Positions 9,006 to 18,144 are shown, counted from the first letter of the stretch. The stretch is DNA of 32,000 bases from Candidatus Saccharimonadota bacterium (GCA_020160975.1 JAIUPJ010000001.1:750001-782000), one strand, 5' to 3'. Made by a program: numbers and translations. The notes: a model not told the origin generated them from the letters alone.

Positions 9006-9809
9006 GTGGGCAAAACATTACTTATCGCAAACTGGAAAATGAACCTCACCATCCATGAGGCGAGTTTGTTTATTCATACTTTGTCTGACATGATCGACCA
9101 TGATCCAAAAGTCGAAATTGTGCTTGCCCCCACGATGTTGGCACTGCAGGCCCTGTCTCTGCAGAACCCCCACCATCAATTCAAACTTGCTGCTCAGAAT
9201 TTCTACTGGCGTGATAGTGGTGCGTATACTGGCGAAGTGTCAGCCACGCAGTTACGTGGGCTCGTCCGTTATGCCTTGGTTGGTCATAGCGAACGTCGTC
9301 ATGTGTTTGGCGAGCGGGATCGTGACCTGCGAAATAAAGTACAAGCAGCGTACCGCAATGAAATTACACCAGTATTGTGCGTTGGCGAGACGGCAAGCGA
9401 ACGTGCGCTGGGCGAGACTAATGACATTCTGCACGATCAACTCGTGGGCGGCCTAAGTAACATCACTGGAGAAGAAGCCGGTCATTTGGTGGTAGCCTAC
9501 GAGCCTGTCTGGGCGATCAGCAACGGCAAAGACTTTGCCAGTCATGCAGTACCCACACCGAACGATGCGGCGCAGGCGGCAAAAGCGATTCGCAACCAGA
9601 TTGCCCATTTATTTGGTGCGGCGACTGCCAAAAAAGTGCGCGTACTATATGGAGGCAGTGTCACGGCAGACAATGCTGCCGGCTATCTTGGAGCCGAAGG
9701 GATCGACGGACTATTGGTGGGCGGAGCCAGTCTTGACGTTCATTCTTTTGCCGCCATTATCGACAAAGCCGCGAAGAAGAAATCACCTACAAAAGGAAAG
9801 AAAAAATAG
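9006..9809 (+). CDS. tpiA: Triosephosphate isomerase
   Basis: GTG start. IANWKMN, VGHSERR, AYEPVWAIS, YGGSV. Unusual Lys-rich tail KAAKKKSPTKGKKK. Confidence 0.95.
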   Translation: MGKTLLIANWKMNLTIHEASLFIHTLSDMIDHDPKVEIVLAPTMLALQALSLQNPHHQFKLAAQNFYWRDSGAYTGEVSATQLRGLVRYALVGHSERRHVFGERDRDLRNKVQAAYRNEITPVLCVGETASERALGETNDILHDQLVGGLSNITGEEAGHLVVAYEPVWAISNGKDFASHAVPTPNDAAQAAKAIRNQIAHLFGAATAKKVRVLYGGSVTADNAAGYLGAEGIDGLLVGGASLDVHSFAAIIDKAAKKKSPTKGKKK

Positions 9810-10976
9810 ATGACTGATATTGACTTTGACGCACTAGATAAAGCTGTAAATAGTTTGATGTCAGGTGCGAACGTTGCCAAAAATGATGAAACGAGTCCTG
9901 AGGGAGTACTGCAGAGACCCGCGCCAGTTGCTGCAGCCAATCCAACACCTGCAGGTTCTTCTGGGCCGTCGGTAGCCTCTGAGCCACCGACTCCCGTCAG
10001 TCAGTCAAATGCTACACCTCAGCCTCAGTCGACACCGCTTGCGGTCAAGCGTCGCGGCCAATTCATGGATATCGTTCCTCCTGCAAAGTCAGCACCAATG
10101 CCGGTGAGCCGTCAGGGTGTGACGCTGGAGGCACCGAAAAGCACACTGGAAGCTCCTCGCCCTTCAACTTCTCCAGAAGTGGTAGCCCCTACGCAAGCGC
10201 CTGTGAGTATGTCTGATCCAATTGAATCAACGCTGACACAGCTAGACAGAGAGACAACAGAGCCTCTGAACACGTCGCTTCCTGCAACCGAACCCGCCGA
10301 AATAACCGAGGAGCTAAGCACGACGCCACCAGCGAGTAGTACCCCTGAATTATCCTCGCAGGGCACAAGCTTGACTATGAGCAATGCGACGTCACATTCC
10401 CAAGAGGATGAGGAAGTTCCTTCTGAGGTGGTAGCAGAAGTGGCCAAAAACTCAACCGAGGAACCGCTGTCTTCGCCGTTTCTCGCAGATGCCAAGGTAG
10501 AAAAACGGCCGCTGGGATCACTGGTATCAGCAGCCGACGACGCCGAAGTTACCACAACCGAGCCTTCCTCAAATGACCCTGTAGAGACGCCGAATGATGC
10601 GATTGACCATTCTACTGATCAACCACAAATCAAACCTACTGTTCTGCCCGAGGAACTGCAGCAAGATGTCGCTTCCCTCGAGGCAGCACCTGTAAGCACC
10701 CCTGTAGTAGATCACGAAGATGAGATACCTCAGCCTTCAACCCCTGAACCAGTTGCTGCCGGGGGATCAATTGCTCAGCAGTACGCCGAACAACCGAGCA
10801 CCGGTGATCAGACGAGTGGTGCGATTTTTGACACCGCAACGTATCATGCGGCGACCGATGTCGCAGTGCCTGCCAAGAAATCATCAAAAGTTGTCTGGAT
10901 CATCGTATGGATATTGGCACTTTTGTGTGTTGGCGCGGCAGCTGGCGCCGGATACTTTTTCTTCACCACGCATTAG
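9810..10976 (+). CDS. Hypothetical tail-anchored, acidic, Pro/Ser/Thr/Glu-rich low-complexity protein
   Basis: 388 aa. The ATG abuts the tpiA stop. No signal peptide. About 350 residues are low-complexity. A single C-terminal TM (VVWIIVWILALLCVGAAAGAGYFFF) is followed by only 3 residues. Confidence 0.6.
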   Translation: MTDIDFDALDKAVNSLMSGANVAKNDETSPEGVLQRPAPVAAANPTPAGSSGPSVASEPPTPVSQSNATPQPQSTPLAVKRRGQFMDIVPPAKSAPMPVSRQGVTLEAPKSTLEAPRPSTSPEVVAPTQAPVSMSDPIESTLTQLDRETTEPLNTSLPATEPAEITEELSTTPPASSTPELSSQGTSLTMSNATSHSQEDEEVPSEVVAEVAKNSTEEPLSSPFLADAKVEKRPLGSLVSAADDAEVTTTEPSSNDPVETPNDAIDHSTDQPQIKPTVLPEELQQDVASLEAAPVSTPVVDHEDEIPQPSTPEPVAAGGSIAQQYAEQPSTGDQTSGAIFDTATYHAATDVAVPAKKSSKVVWIIVWILALLCVGAAAGAGYFFFTTH

Positions 10977-10981
10977 TAGCT

Positions 10982-10987
10982 TATAAT
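10982..10987 (+). promoter_or_regulatory. -10 box TATAAT upstream of or overlapping the helicase start
   Basis: TATAAT 10982-10987 overlaps the ORF-track ATG (10986). In-frame GTG 10995 lies 7 nt downstream, the same spacing seen at other genes here. Confidence 0.4.
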
Positions 10988-13232
10988 GGAGAAAGTGAAT
11001 ACTGACACGATATTCGAGGGGCTTAATGATGCGCAAAAATCCGCAGTACTAGCGGTTGATGGCCCATTGCTGATGTTGGCAGGAGCGGGGAGCGGCAAGA
11101 CGAAGACACTGACCCACCGTATTGCCTACTTGCTGACTCACGAAGGAATTTGGCCGCATGAGATTTTGGCCGTAACGTTCACTAACAAAGCCGCCAGGGA
11201 AATGCGCGAGCGGTTGTGGCAGTTGACGAATGAAAATAGAAATAAGGAAAATGGAGTTAGAAGAAAACTGGCCGCCGAAAGTACCGATGCTTCGCATCGA
11301 CTCGCAGAAGGGGAGCGACTTCGAGAATTTACTTCTGAAAGCATAGCGGGGACTTCATCCCCTCCAAGACATTTCATGCCCTGGATGGGGACATTTCATA
11401 GCATCTGTGTGCGTATGCTGAGAGCTGACGGTGAGCGGATCAACGTGCCGTCAAATTTTGTGATCTATGACGAAGACGACCGACAAGGATTAATCAAACA
11501 AGCTATGAAACAATTGTCGATATCGGCCGACAAGATCAAACCTCGTGCGGTAAGTGCGGCAATCAGCAGTGCTAAAAACGATTTGTTGACCGCGGAAGAT
11601 TATGCCGAGGCGGCGGATCGCCCTTACCAACAAACCGTTGCGAAGATTTTTCGCGAGTACGAGCGCCTGCGGCAAACAGCGGGCGCGCTTGACTTCGATG
11701 ATCTCTTGATTGAGGTGGTGCGACTGTTGCGTGAGTCGCGTGACACCCGGGACAAGTACCAGAATCAATTCAAACACATTCTTATTGATGAGTATCAAGA
11801 TACTAATGCGGCGCAGTACGCCATCGTGACTCAACTGGTTAGCGAGCAACGCAATATTTGTGTGGTCGGTGACGATTGGCAGTCAATTTATAGCTGGCGA
11901 GGGGCAGACTTTCGCAACATTTTGAATTTTGAGCGAGACTTTCCAGGAGCTTTGGTAGTGAAGCTTGAGCAAAACTATCGGTCAACAGCGGCTATCCTGG
12001 AGGCTGCGCACCATGTTATCACCAAAAACATCGAACGAACCGACAAAGAGCTGTGGACAGATATGGGGGCGGGGACGCCAGTTCAGATTCAGGGCTTGTA
12101 CGACGAAGCTGAGGAAGCCTACGTGGTAGCAAGCCGTATCACTACTCAGGTAGCTATCGGGGGCAGGGGTTACAATGACTTCGCTGTCTTGTACCGGACA
12201 AATGCACAAAGTTTTGCATTTGAGCGGACTTTCTTGCAGCACCGTATTCCCTATCAACTAGTTGGGGGTGTGAGATTCTATGATCGGAAAGAAATCAAAG
12301 ATATCATTGCGTACTTACGTCTGCTCTATCAGCCAAACGATCTGATAAGTTTTAGTCGTATCGTCAATGTTCCGACGCGGGGAATTGGCGCAGCGAGCTT
12401 TGAGAAGTTTGCTGCCTGGCAGAACAATAGTGGCATGGATATTCTCTCGGCACTCATAAATGTTGAACAGGCTAGTGGATTGACGCCGCGGGCGCGCTTA
12501 AGCTTTGCACGGCTCGGTGAGATCCTACGTGCACTGCAGGTCATGACACTCAATGAGACCAGCCCTGGCGATGTTATCGAAAAGCTGATCGAGCTGACGG
12601 GGTACCGAGACTATTTGCTCGACGGTTCTCCTCAGGCCGAAGACCGCGAGGCCAACCTTGGTGTGCTTATTAGCGACGCAAAAGCCTATACCAATTTGGC
12701 GGATTTTCTAGAAGAAGTTGCGCTCATGAGTACTGCTGACGTCGCAAACGATGGCAATAAAGTCACGCTGATGACGCTTCATGCCGCCAAGGGGCTTGAG
12801 TTTCCGGTTGTGTTTATGGTTGGCATGGAAGACGGGCTTTTCCCGAGCCAGCGGGCTCTCGAGGAGGGGCCGCGACAGCTCGAAGAAGAGCGCCGATTGT
12901 GCTATGTGGGGATGACGCGGGCGCGCGAAGAGTTGTACTTGCTCTATGCGCAAAGTCGATTGCAGTTTGGCTCGCGTGGCTATGCCATGCCGTCGCGGTT
13001 TCTCGAGGATATGGGCCGCGGTGTGGCAATCGGTCAAACCGACCGAGCGCCGCAGCGCAACGAATATGACGAAGTGGTCAATGACTTTGACATTGGCGAC
13101 CGGGTTCGGTCGCCTCAGTTTGGGGAGGGTGAAATTATTGACCTCGACGGCTTGGCTGTCGTGGTGAAATTCGTTAGCGGTGCAACCAAGAAGCTCAACA
13201 TCGAATACGCTCGACTCGAGCGCAATAGCTAG
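10986..13232 (+). CDS. uvrD: ATP-dependent DNA helicase, UvrD/PcrA family
   Basis: GAGSGKT, TFTNKAAREM, GTFHS, DEYQDTN, VGDDWQSIYSWRGA, NYRS, TLHAAKGLEF, YVGMTRA. C-terminal tail domain (GDRVRSPQFGEGEII). The start may be GTG 10995 (MNTDTIFEGLNDAQ). Confidence 0.93.
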   Translation: MEKVNTDTIFEGLNDAQKSAVLAVDGPLLMLAGAGSGKTKTLTHRIAYLLTHEGIWPHEILAVTFTNKAAREMRERLWQLTNENRNKENGVRRKLAAESTDASHRLAEGERLREFTSESIAGTSSPPRHFMPWMGTFHSICVRMLRADGERINVPSNFVIYDEDDRQGLIKQAMKQLSISADKIKPRAVSAAISSAKNDLLTAEDYAEAADRPYQQTVAKIFREYERLRQTAGALDFDDLLIEVVRLLRESRDTRDKYQNQFKHILIDEYQDTNAAQYAIVTQLVSEQRNICVVGDDWQSIYSWRGADFRNILNFERDFPGALVVKLEQNYRSTAAILEAAHHVITKNIERTDKELWTDMGAGTPVQIQGLYDEAEEAYVVASRITTQVAIGGRGYNDFAVLYRTNAQSFAFERTFLQHRIPYQLVGGVRFYDRKEIKDIIAYLRLLYQPNDLISFSRIVNVPTRGIGAASFEKFAAWQNNSGMDILSALINVEQASGLTPRARLSFARLGEILRALQVMTLNETSPGDVIEKLIELTGYRDYLLDGSPQAEDREANLGVLISDAKAYTNLADFLEEVALMSTADVANDGNKVTLMTLHAAKGLEFPVVFMVGMEDGLFPSQRALEEGPRQLEEERRLCYVGMTRAREELYLLYAQSRLQFGSRGYAMPSRFLEDMGRGVAIGQTDRAPQRNEYDEVVNDFDIGDRVRSPQFGEGEIIDLDGLAVVVKFVSGATKKLNIEYARLERNS

Positions 13233-13301
13233 CATTTTTTGCGCAAACTCGATACAATAAAGAGAACGTGTCTGAGGTGGAACTCGCACACACACATTTA
13301 T

Positions 13302-14576
13302 ATGAACATCGTTTCACAGAAACACCCCACCAGAATTATTGTGTTTGCAATCACCGTGGCTATCGCGGCGCTGCTTGGCTTTCTGATTGCTGGCCGTCAG
13401 GCGCATGCCGAGTCAGTCACTGCGTCTTCAGATAGTCATATTGTTACTGTACATGATGACGGGGTGGACAAAGGGTTTATCACCAACAAGCCCACCTTGC
13501 GCGAGGCGCTCCAGGAAGCAGATATTCCCATTGACCCAAAAGATCGTACCGAACCGGCATTAGACGAAAAACTTGTCGCTCGCTCCTACCAGGTGAATGT
13601 CTACCGAGCACGACCAGTGCTGGTGATCGATGGAGCGAACCAGTTTAAGGTCATCACTTCCTACCGTACTGGCAAGCAGATTGCCAAAGAGGCAGGCTTG
13701 TCACTGCACGAGGAAGACATCGCGACACTGACAACGGCGACTGATATCACTGAGACGGGCGCCGCGGAAGTCCTACACGTCAAGCGGGCGACCAAAGTCA
13801 CTTTTGTGTTCTACGGCAAATCACTCGAAGTTCACACGTTTGCGCGTACAGTAGGCGAGCTGGTGTCGCAAAAGAGCATCATTCCTCAGGCAAATGACAC
13901 CTTGATGCCCGCTGCCAGCGCACCAGTGGTAGCTGATATGAAAATTGAACTATGGCGCAACGGTGAACAGACTGTTACGGTTGATGAAGATATCGCTTTC
14001 GAAACTCAGCAGGTAAGGGATGCCAACAAGGACAAGGGATTCAAAGAGATTCAGACGCCGGGCGTGAATGGCAAAAAGACCGTGACCTACAAGATTACGA
14101 TGCAAAATGGCAAGGAAGTGAAGCGCGATGTCGTGAACAGCGTGACGACCAAGGAGCCTGTGAAGCAGGTGGAGACGATTGGTGTGAAGGGAGTCTACAC
14201 TACACCGTCCGAGAATGAGAGCATAACTTGGAATTTCCTGATTGCGAACGGCTTTAGTCGAGAACAGACAGCAGGAATCATGGGTAATCTTATGCAAGAA
14301 CACGGCTTTCAAACTTCTGGCGACGGACTTGCGCAATGGACAGGTAGTCGCAAGGCACGCTTGATGTCGATGCCCGATCCGTACAGTATACAAACCCAGC
14401 TAGATTTCTTGATGAGCGAGTTGAACGGCGGGTATTCACGTGCGAAGGCAAAAATACTCGCTTCGACAACAGTAGAAGGTGCGACAGTTGCTTTTCAGAA
14501 TGATTTCGAAAGATGTGGTGTGTGTGTCGAGGGTCGCAGGATTCAGTTTGCCTATAATATCCTCGCGAGTCACTAG
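13302..14576 (+). CDS. Secreted cell-wall hydrolase: DUF348 repeats + G5 domain + phage-tail-lysozyme-like C-terminal domain (YabE/RpfB-like layout)
   Basis: Signal/anchor MNIVSQKHPTRIIVFAITVAIAALLGFLIAGRQAHA. DUF348-like modules (VTVHDDGVDKGFITNKPTLREAL...). G5-like segment (TVDEDIAFETQQVRDANKDKGFKEIQTPGVNGKKTVTYKI...). C-terminus AGIMGNLMQEHGFQTSGDGLAQWTGSRKARL. The ORF-track TTG 13239 is judged a spurious extension. Confidence 0.8.
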   Translation: MNIVSQKHPTRIIVFAITVAIAALLGFLIAGRQAHAESVTASSDSHIVTVHDDGVDKGFITNKPTLREALQEADIPIDPKDRTEPALDEKLVARSYQVNVYRARPVLVIDGANQFKVITSYRTGKQIAKEAGLSLHEEDIATLTTATDITETGAAEVLHVKRATKVTFVFYGKSLEVHTFARTVGELVSQKSIIPQANDTLMPAASAPVVADMKIELWRNGEQTVTVDEDIAFETQQVRDANKDKGFKEIQTPGVNGKKTVTYKITMQNGKEVKRDVVNSVTTKEPVKQVETIGVKGVYTTPSENESITWNFLIANGFSREQTAGIMGNLMQEHGFQTSGDGLAQWTGSRKARLMSMPDPYSIQTQLDFLMSELNGGYSRAKAKILASTTVEGATVAFQNDFERCGVCVEGRRIQFAYNILASH

Positions 14577-15349
14577 TGTCGACCAATAAATCCCTTGGTC
14601 AGCATTGGCTCAAAGATCGAGCTATGCTATCGCAAATTGCCAATGCGGCAGAGTTGCAGCCGTCTGATACAGTACTTGAGATTGGGCCAGGTCTCGGCAC
14701 GCTGACAAGCGAGCTATTGCGCCGCGCCAAGGAAGTAGTGGCTGTAGAGTTTGATCCTGCGCTGGCTGCCAAGCTGCCTGGTCAGTTTCCAGGTACGGCT
14801 CTGATAGTTCATCATGCTGACATATTGCAGTTTGATCTTGCCACCCTACCAGCAGGCTATAAGGTAGTTGCGAACGTGCCGTACTACATCACAAGCAAGA
14901 TCATCGAAACGTTGATGACAGCGAAGAATAAGCCGTCCATGGCTGTGCTACTTGTACAAAAAGAAGTGGCTGAGCGAATTGCGGCCGTGCCGGGGGATAT
15001 GAGTATTTTGGCAGTCAGTGCACAGATATTCGCCGAAACCTTCCTGGATATAGAGGTGCCGCGCGAGTATTTCACACCACCACCAAAAGTCGATTCCCAA
15101 GTTATTATTTTGAAGACCCGTCAACAGCCGCTTGTTAGCTCGATCGACGAGCGTGCGTTCTTTCGGGTAGTCAAAGCCGGTTTTTCGGCCAAGCGCAAAA
15201 AACTGCGTAGCTCGATTTCGGCAGGGCTGGGTCTCACAAAATCGGCTGCTGAAGCGCTACTGCACCAGGCTTGTATTGATCCCAATGCGAGAGCTGAAGA
15301 CCTATCAATCGATGATTGGCAGCGACTAGCGCACGAGGCAGGGAGATGA
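14576..15349 (+). CDS. rsmA: 16S rRNA (adenine1518/1519-N6)-dimethyltransferase
   Basis: 257 aa. SLGQHWL, SAM motif VLEIGPGLGTLT, NVPYYITS. The GTG start overlaps the upstream stop. Confidence 0.93.
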   Translation: MSTNKSLGQHWLKDRAMLSQIANAAELQPSDTVLEIGPGLGTLTSELLRRAKEVVAVEFDPALAAKLPGQFPGTALIVHHADILQFDLATLPAGYKVVANVPYYITSKIIETLMTAKNKPSMAVLLVQKEVAERIAAVPGDMSILAVSAQIFAETFLDIEVPREYFTPPPKVDSQVIILKTRQQPLVSSIDERAFFRVVKAGFSAKRKKLRSSISAGLGLTKSAAEALLHQACIDPNARAEDLSIDDWQRLAHEAGR

Positions 15350-15353
15350 CGCC

Positions 15354-16088
15354 ATGATTCAGTGTGACCAACCAGATTGTTTTCCTGAGGGCGTTGTAGC
15401 CAAGGTCTCCTCGCGGGATGATGGTACCATGCTTGACCGCACCAAAGATGACCGGCATGAGCCATCGGTCGTGGATAGTCGGCGTCGGTTCACCCAGCAG
15501 GCGGGGATTCCTTATGAGAACTGTGTGTACCAAGTGATCACGTATGCAGCGGATCGGACATACGATGAGATCAAAGAGGTGGAGGAGCCAGATACCGAGG
15601 GCTGTTTGGCTGATGTACTCTACACCGAACGCCCCGAGCTCGGGCTGTTTCTGCCGGTGGCTGATTGCGTTGCAACCGTGATCTATGACCCAGGCAGACA
15701 TGCGTTAGCCCTAGCCCACATTGGCCGCCATGCCTCGCTTGCGGGTACCATGCGCAAGACCATTGATTACTTTGTTGAACGGGGTTCAAACCCACACAAT
15801 CTTCTCGTATGGATGGCGCCCAGTGTGGGTAGCGAGAGTTATCGTATGGAATACTTCAATGAGAAAGATAAGAAAGAGTGGCGTGAATTTGCCGTTGAGC
15901 GACCTGACGGGGTGTATCTCAATCTTCGCGGCTACAATCGCACCCTTGCGGTTCAGGCCGGAGTCTTGCCCGAGCACATTGCAGTCTCACCGGTAGATAC
16001 GGCGACTAATGGGCATTACTTCTCTCATTCACACGGCGACCACGCAGCGCGGTTCGCAGTTGTAGCTTACCTTGTGACGCGGGCGTAA
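15354..16088 (+). CDS. Polyphenol oxidase/laccase-domain family protein (YfiH/PgeF-like, divergent)
   Basis: 244 aa. LPVADCVATVIYDP...ALAHIGRHASLAGT resembles the TADC...HAGWRG core, and the C-terminal YFSHSHGD...RFAVVAYL resembles the family tail. SD GGGAGA lies 7 nt upstream. Confidence 0.6.
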   Translation: MIQCDQPDCFPEGVVAKVSSRDDGTMLDRTKDDRHEPSVVDSRRRFTQQAGIPYENCVYQVITYAADRTYDEIKEVEEPDTEGCLADVLYTERPELGLFLPVADCVATVIYDPGRHALALAHIGRHASLAGTMRKTIDYFVERGSNPHNLLVWMAPSVGSESYRMEYFNEKDKKEWREFAVERPDGVYLNLRGYNRTLAVQAGVLPEHIAVSPVDTATNGHYFSHSHGDHAARFAVVAYLVTRA

Positions 16089-16597
16089 CTACTGCCATTT
16101 GTGTTGTAGTAGCCATCACCAATTTCGTTGGTCGAGCAGTCGCCGGTGGCTTTTTTCTCCTTGGCCCCTTCTAGGCGATAGACTAGAATATACCACTGGC
16201 CACTTGTCTTACCGCAATACGACCCCGTCGTGTACCCATAAACATAATTGTTCGCAGTCAGCGGCGAACCGTTTGAGGTATTGGTAGGGTCGTTGGGTAA
16301 TTTGTTGGTAGCATTAAGCATAGCAATGGCAAAGTTCATCCAGCTATTATCGCCAGAGCTGTACCATGTGTTCCCTACAGCTGAAGTCGTGCCGCTGGGT
16401 ATCGGGTAGCTACCATTGTCGTCATAGTAGAGTTCGAGGGCTTTTTGGATGTTGGCGATGTCGGTTTGCCGCTGTGCATCCCGCGCTCGCCCCTGAGCTC
16501 CACGGTAGACAAACAATGTGATGCCTACCAGGATGCCGATGATAACAATCACGACCAGAAGTTCAATGAGAGTGAAACCGCTTTTGTTTTTTCGCAT
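16067..16597 (-). CDS. Type IV pilin-like / pseudopilin protein with a prepilin N-terminal cleavage-methylation motif
   Basis: MRKNKSG|FTLIELLVVIVIIGILVGITL (G-1, F+1, E+5). C-terminal Cys pair (YCGKTSG...GDCSTNE). ATG 16597 is preferred over the ORF-track TTG 16612. The 3' end overlaps the convergent gene by 22 nt. Confidence 0.88.
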   Translation of the reverse strand: MRKNKSGFTLIELLVVIVIIGILVGITLFVYRGAQGRARDAQRQTDIANIQKALELYYDDNGSYPIPSGTTSAVGNTWYSSGDNSWMNFAIAMLNATNKLPNDPTNTSNGSPLTANNYVYGYTTGSYCGKTSGQWYILVYRLEGAKEKKATGDCSTNEIGDGYYNTNGSSYARVTR

Positions 16598-16603
16598 ACC
16601 TTC

Positions 16604-16609
16604 AGTATA
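16604..16609 (-). promoter_or_regulatory. -10 box TATACT, 6 nt upstream of the pilin ATG (leaderless-type)
   Basis: Minus strand reads TATACT GAAGGT ATG. The predicted +1 coincides with the A of ATG 16597. Confidence 0.45.
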
Positions 16610-16626
16610 CAATACTCACTGACCTC

Positions 16627-16635
16627 TGGTATACT
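16627..16635 (+). promoter_or_regulatory. Extended -10 (TGgTATACT), 9 nt upstream of the metG ATG
   Basis: TGGTATACT 16627-16635, nine nt, then ATG 16645. Divergent from the pilin promoter within a 47-nt intergenic region. Confidence 0.45.
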
Positions 16636-16644
16636 GGATGCAGT

Positions 16645-18144
16645 ATGAAAAAAAATCTCTATATTTCTACTGCCATTCCGTATGTCAACGGCGTGCCGCA
16701 TATTGGCCATGCGATGGACTATTTGCTGGCAGATATCTGGGCGCGTTATCAACGCCAAAATGGCAAAGAAGTGCGTTTCCAGATTGGGACTGACGAACAC
16801 GGCACAAAGAATGCAGCCAAAGCCTCCGAACTAGGACTCACTCCGCAGGCCTATGTCGACCAAGCCAGTCAGCCGTTTAAAGCCATGGCAGAAAAGGTTG
16901 GCAGTTCATACACCGACTTTATCCGTACTACTGATGCGCATCATCGTGGCGCTGTGCAATACATCTGGCAGCAACTGGCGCCGCACATCTACAAAGACAG
17001 ATACGAGGGCTGGTACTGCAGCGGTTGTGAGCAGTTTTATACCGATAAAGAAGTCGAGGTAAATGGCGGCAATTGCCCCAACCACAAAACACCGTTTGAG
17101 CGACTTAGCGAAGAAAATTATTATCTCAGGGCAAGTGATTTTACCGACCAAATTCGCTCAGCGATCGAGACCAACAAATTGCGTATCATTCCTGAGTTTC
17201 GTAAAAAAGAGATTCTCGAGCTGATCAAAGACGGCGTCAAGGACGTTTCGATTAGCCGCCCGCGAAAAAGCCTCAGTTGGGGTGTCGGCGTACCGGGTGA
17301 TGATTCGCAGGTGATGTATGTTTGGCTGGATGCCCTCAGCAACTACATTACCGTGCTTGGGTACCCTGATGATGCTTCGTGGCAAGAATATTGGCCTGCT
17401 GATGTACAGGTGGTAGGCAAAGACATTCTGCGCTTTCATGCCATTATTTGGCCGGCGATCCTGCTCGGTATTGGCGTGAGTTTACCCAAGCGGCTGTTGG
17501 TGCATGGATTTGTCAATATCGGCGGCGAAAAAATCTCCAAAAGCCTCGGTAACGGCATTGATCCAAACCAAATCATTGATTCTTATGGGCGCGACGCCTT
17601 CCGCTATTTCTTCAGCTGTCATATTCCGACGACTGACGACGGCGATTTCACCTGGGAGAAGTTCGAAAATGCTTACAACAACGAACTCGGTAACGATCTC
17701 GGCAATCTTGTTCAGCGGATTGCGGCCATGGTTACTCGCTATCAAGCGGGGGTGATTGGTGATTCGCCGCAAGCCGAACACGACATGGGGCCGTACCACG
17801 AAGCCATGGAGCAATTCCGGTATAATGACGCGGTCAATATTGCCTGGAATACCGTACGGTCACTCAATCAATACCTCGAGAGCGTCAAGCCATGGGAGAT
17901 TGCCAAAAATCGAGAGAAAGATACCGAGGCTGCCGAACATCTGAGCGACGTCTTGGCACATGCCGCGAGTACATTGCTACAGGTGGCTGATCTTTTGACG
18001 CCATTTATGCCAGACACAGCAGATACCATCAAACATAGTTTCGGTACGGGTGTTGTCCCGGCCGATATCCAGCCGCTTTTCCCGAAAATTTATTTGCATA
18101 CGCCTGATCCCCGTGCGCCAAAAGCTGCGCCAGCACAGTCTTAG
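16645..18144 (+). CDS. metG: Methionine--tRNA ligase (short form, no C-terminal tRNA-binding domain)
   Basis: 499 aa. HIGH-type motif PHIGHA, zinc knuckle CSGCEQFY...CPNHK, KMSKS-type motif KISKSLGN. Confidence 0.95.
   Translation: MKKNLYISTAIPYVNGVPHIGHAMDYLLADIWARYQRQNGKEVRFQIGTDEHGTKNAAKASELGLTPQAYVDQASQPFKAMAEKVGSSYTDFIRTTDAHHRGAVQYIWQQLAPHIYKDRYEGWYCSGCEQFYTDKEVEVNGGNCPNHKTPFERLSEENYYLRASDFTDQIRSAIETNKLRIIPEFRKKEILELIKDGVKDVSISRPRKSLSWGVGVPGDDSQVMYVWLDALSNYITVLGYPDDASWQEYWPADVQVVGKDILRFHAIIWPAILLGIGVSLPKRLLVHGFVNIGGEKISKSLGNGIDPNQIIDSYGRDAFRYFFSCHIPTTDDGDFTWEKFENAYNNELGNDLGNLVQRIAAMVTRYQAGVIGDSPQAEHDMGPYHEAMEQFRYNDAVNIAWNTVRSLNQYLESVKPWEIAKNREKDTEAAEHLSDVLAHAASTLLQVADLLTPFMPDTADTIKHSFGTGVVPADIQPLFPKIYLHTPDPRAPKAAPAQS

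Noticed and set aside
13220-13244. GCGCAA...TTGCGC inverted repeat with a T-run after the helicase stop, a possible terminator.
   Set aside because: Only a 6-bp stem with a 13-nt loop, and the T-run lies inside the loop rather than after the stem. Weak.
13287-13296. (CA)5 microsatellite just upstream of the wall-hydrolase start.
   Set aside because: Too short to argue for slipped-strand phase variation, and it lies outside the coding frame at an undefined distance from any promoter element.
15781-15793. GGGGTTCAAACCC, which resembles a tRNA T-arm/T-loop.
   Set aside because: Only a 3-bp stem can form and there is no acceptor or anticodon arm context. It lies inside the well-supported 15354-16088 coding frame.
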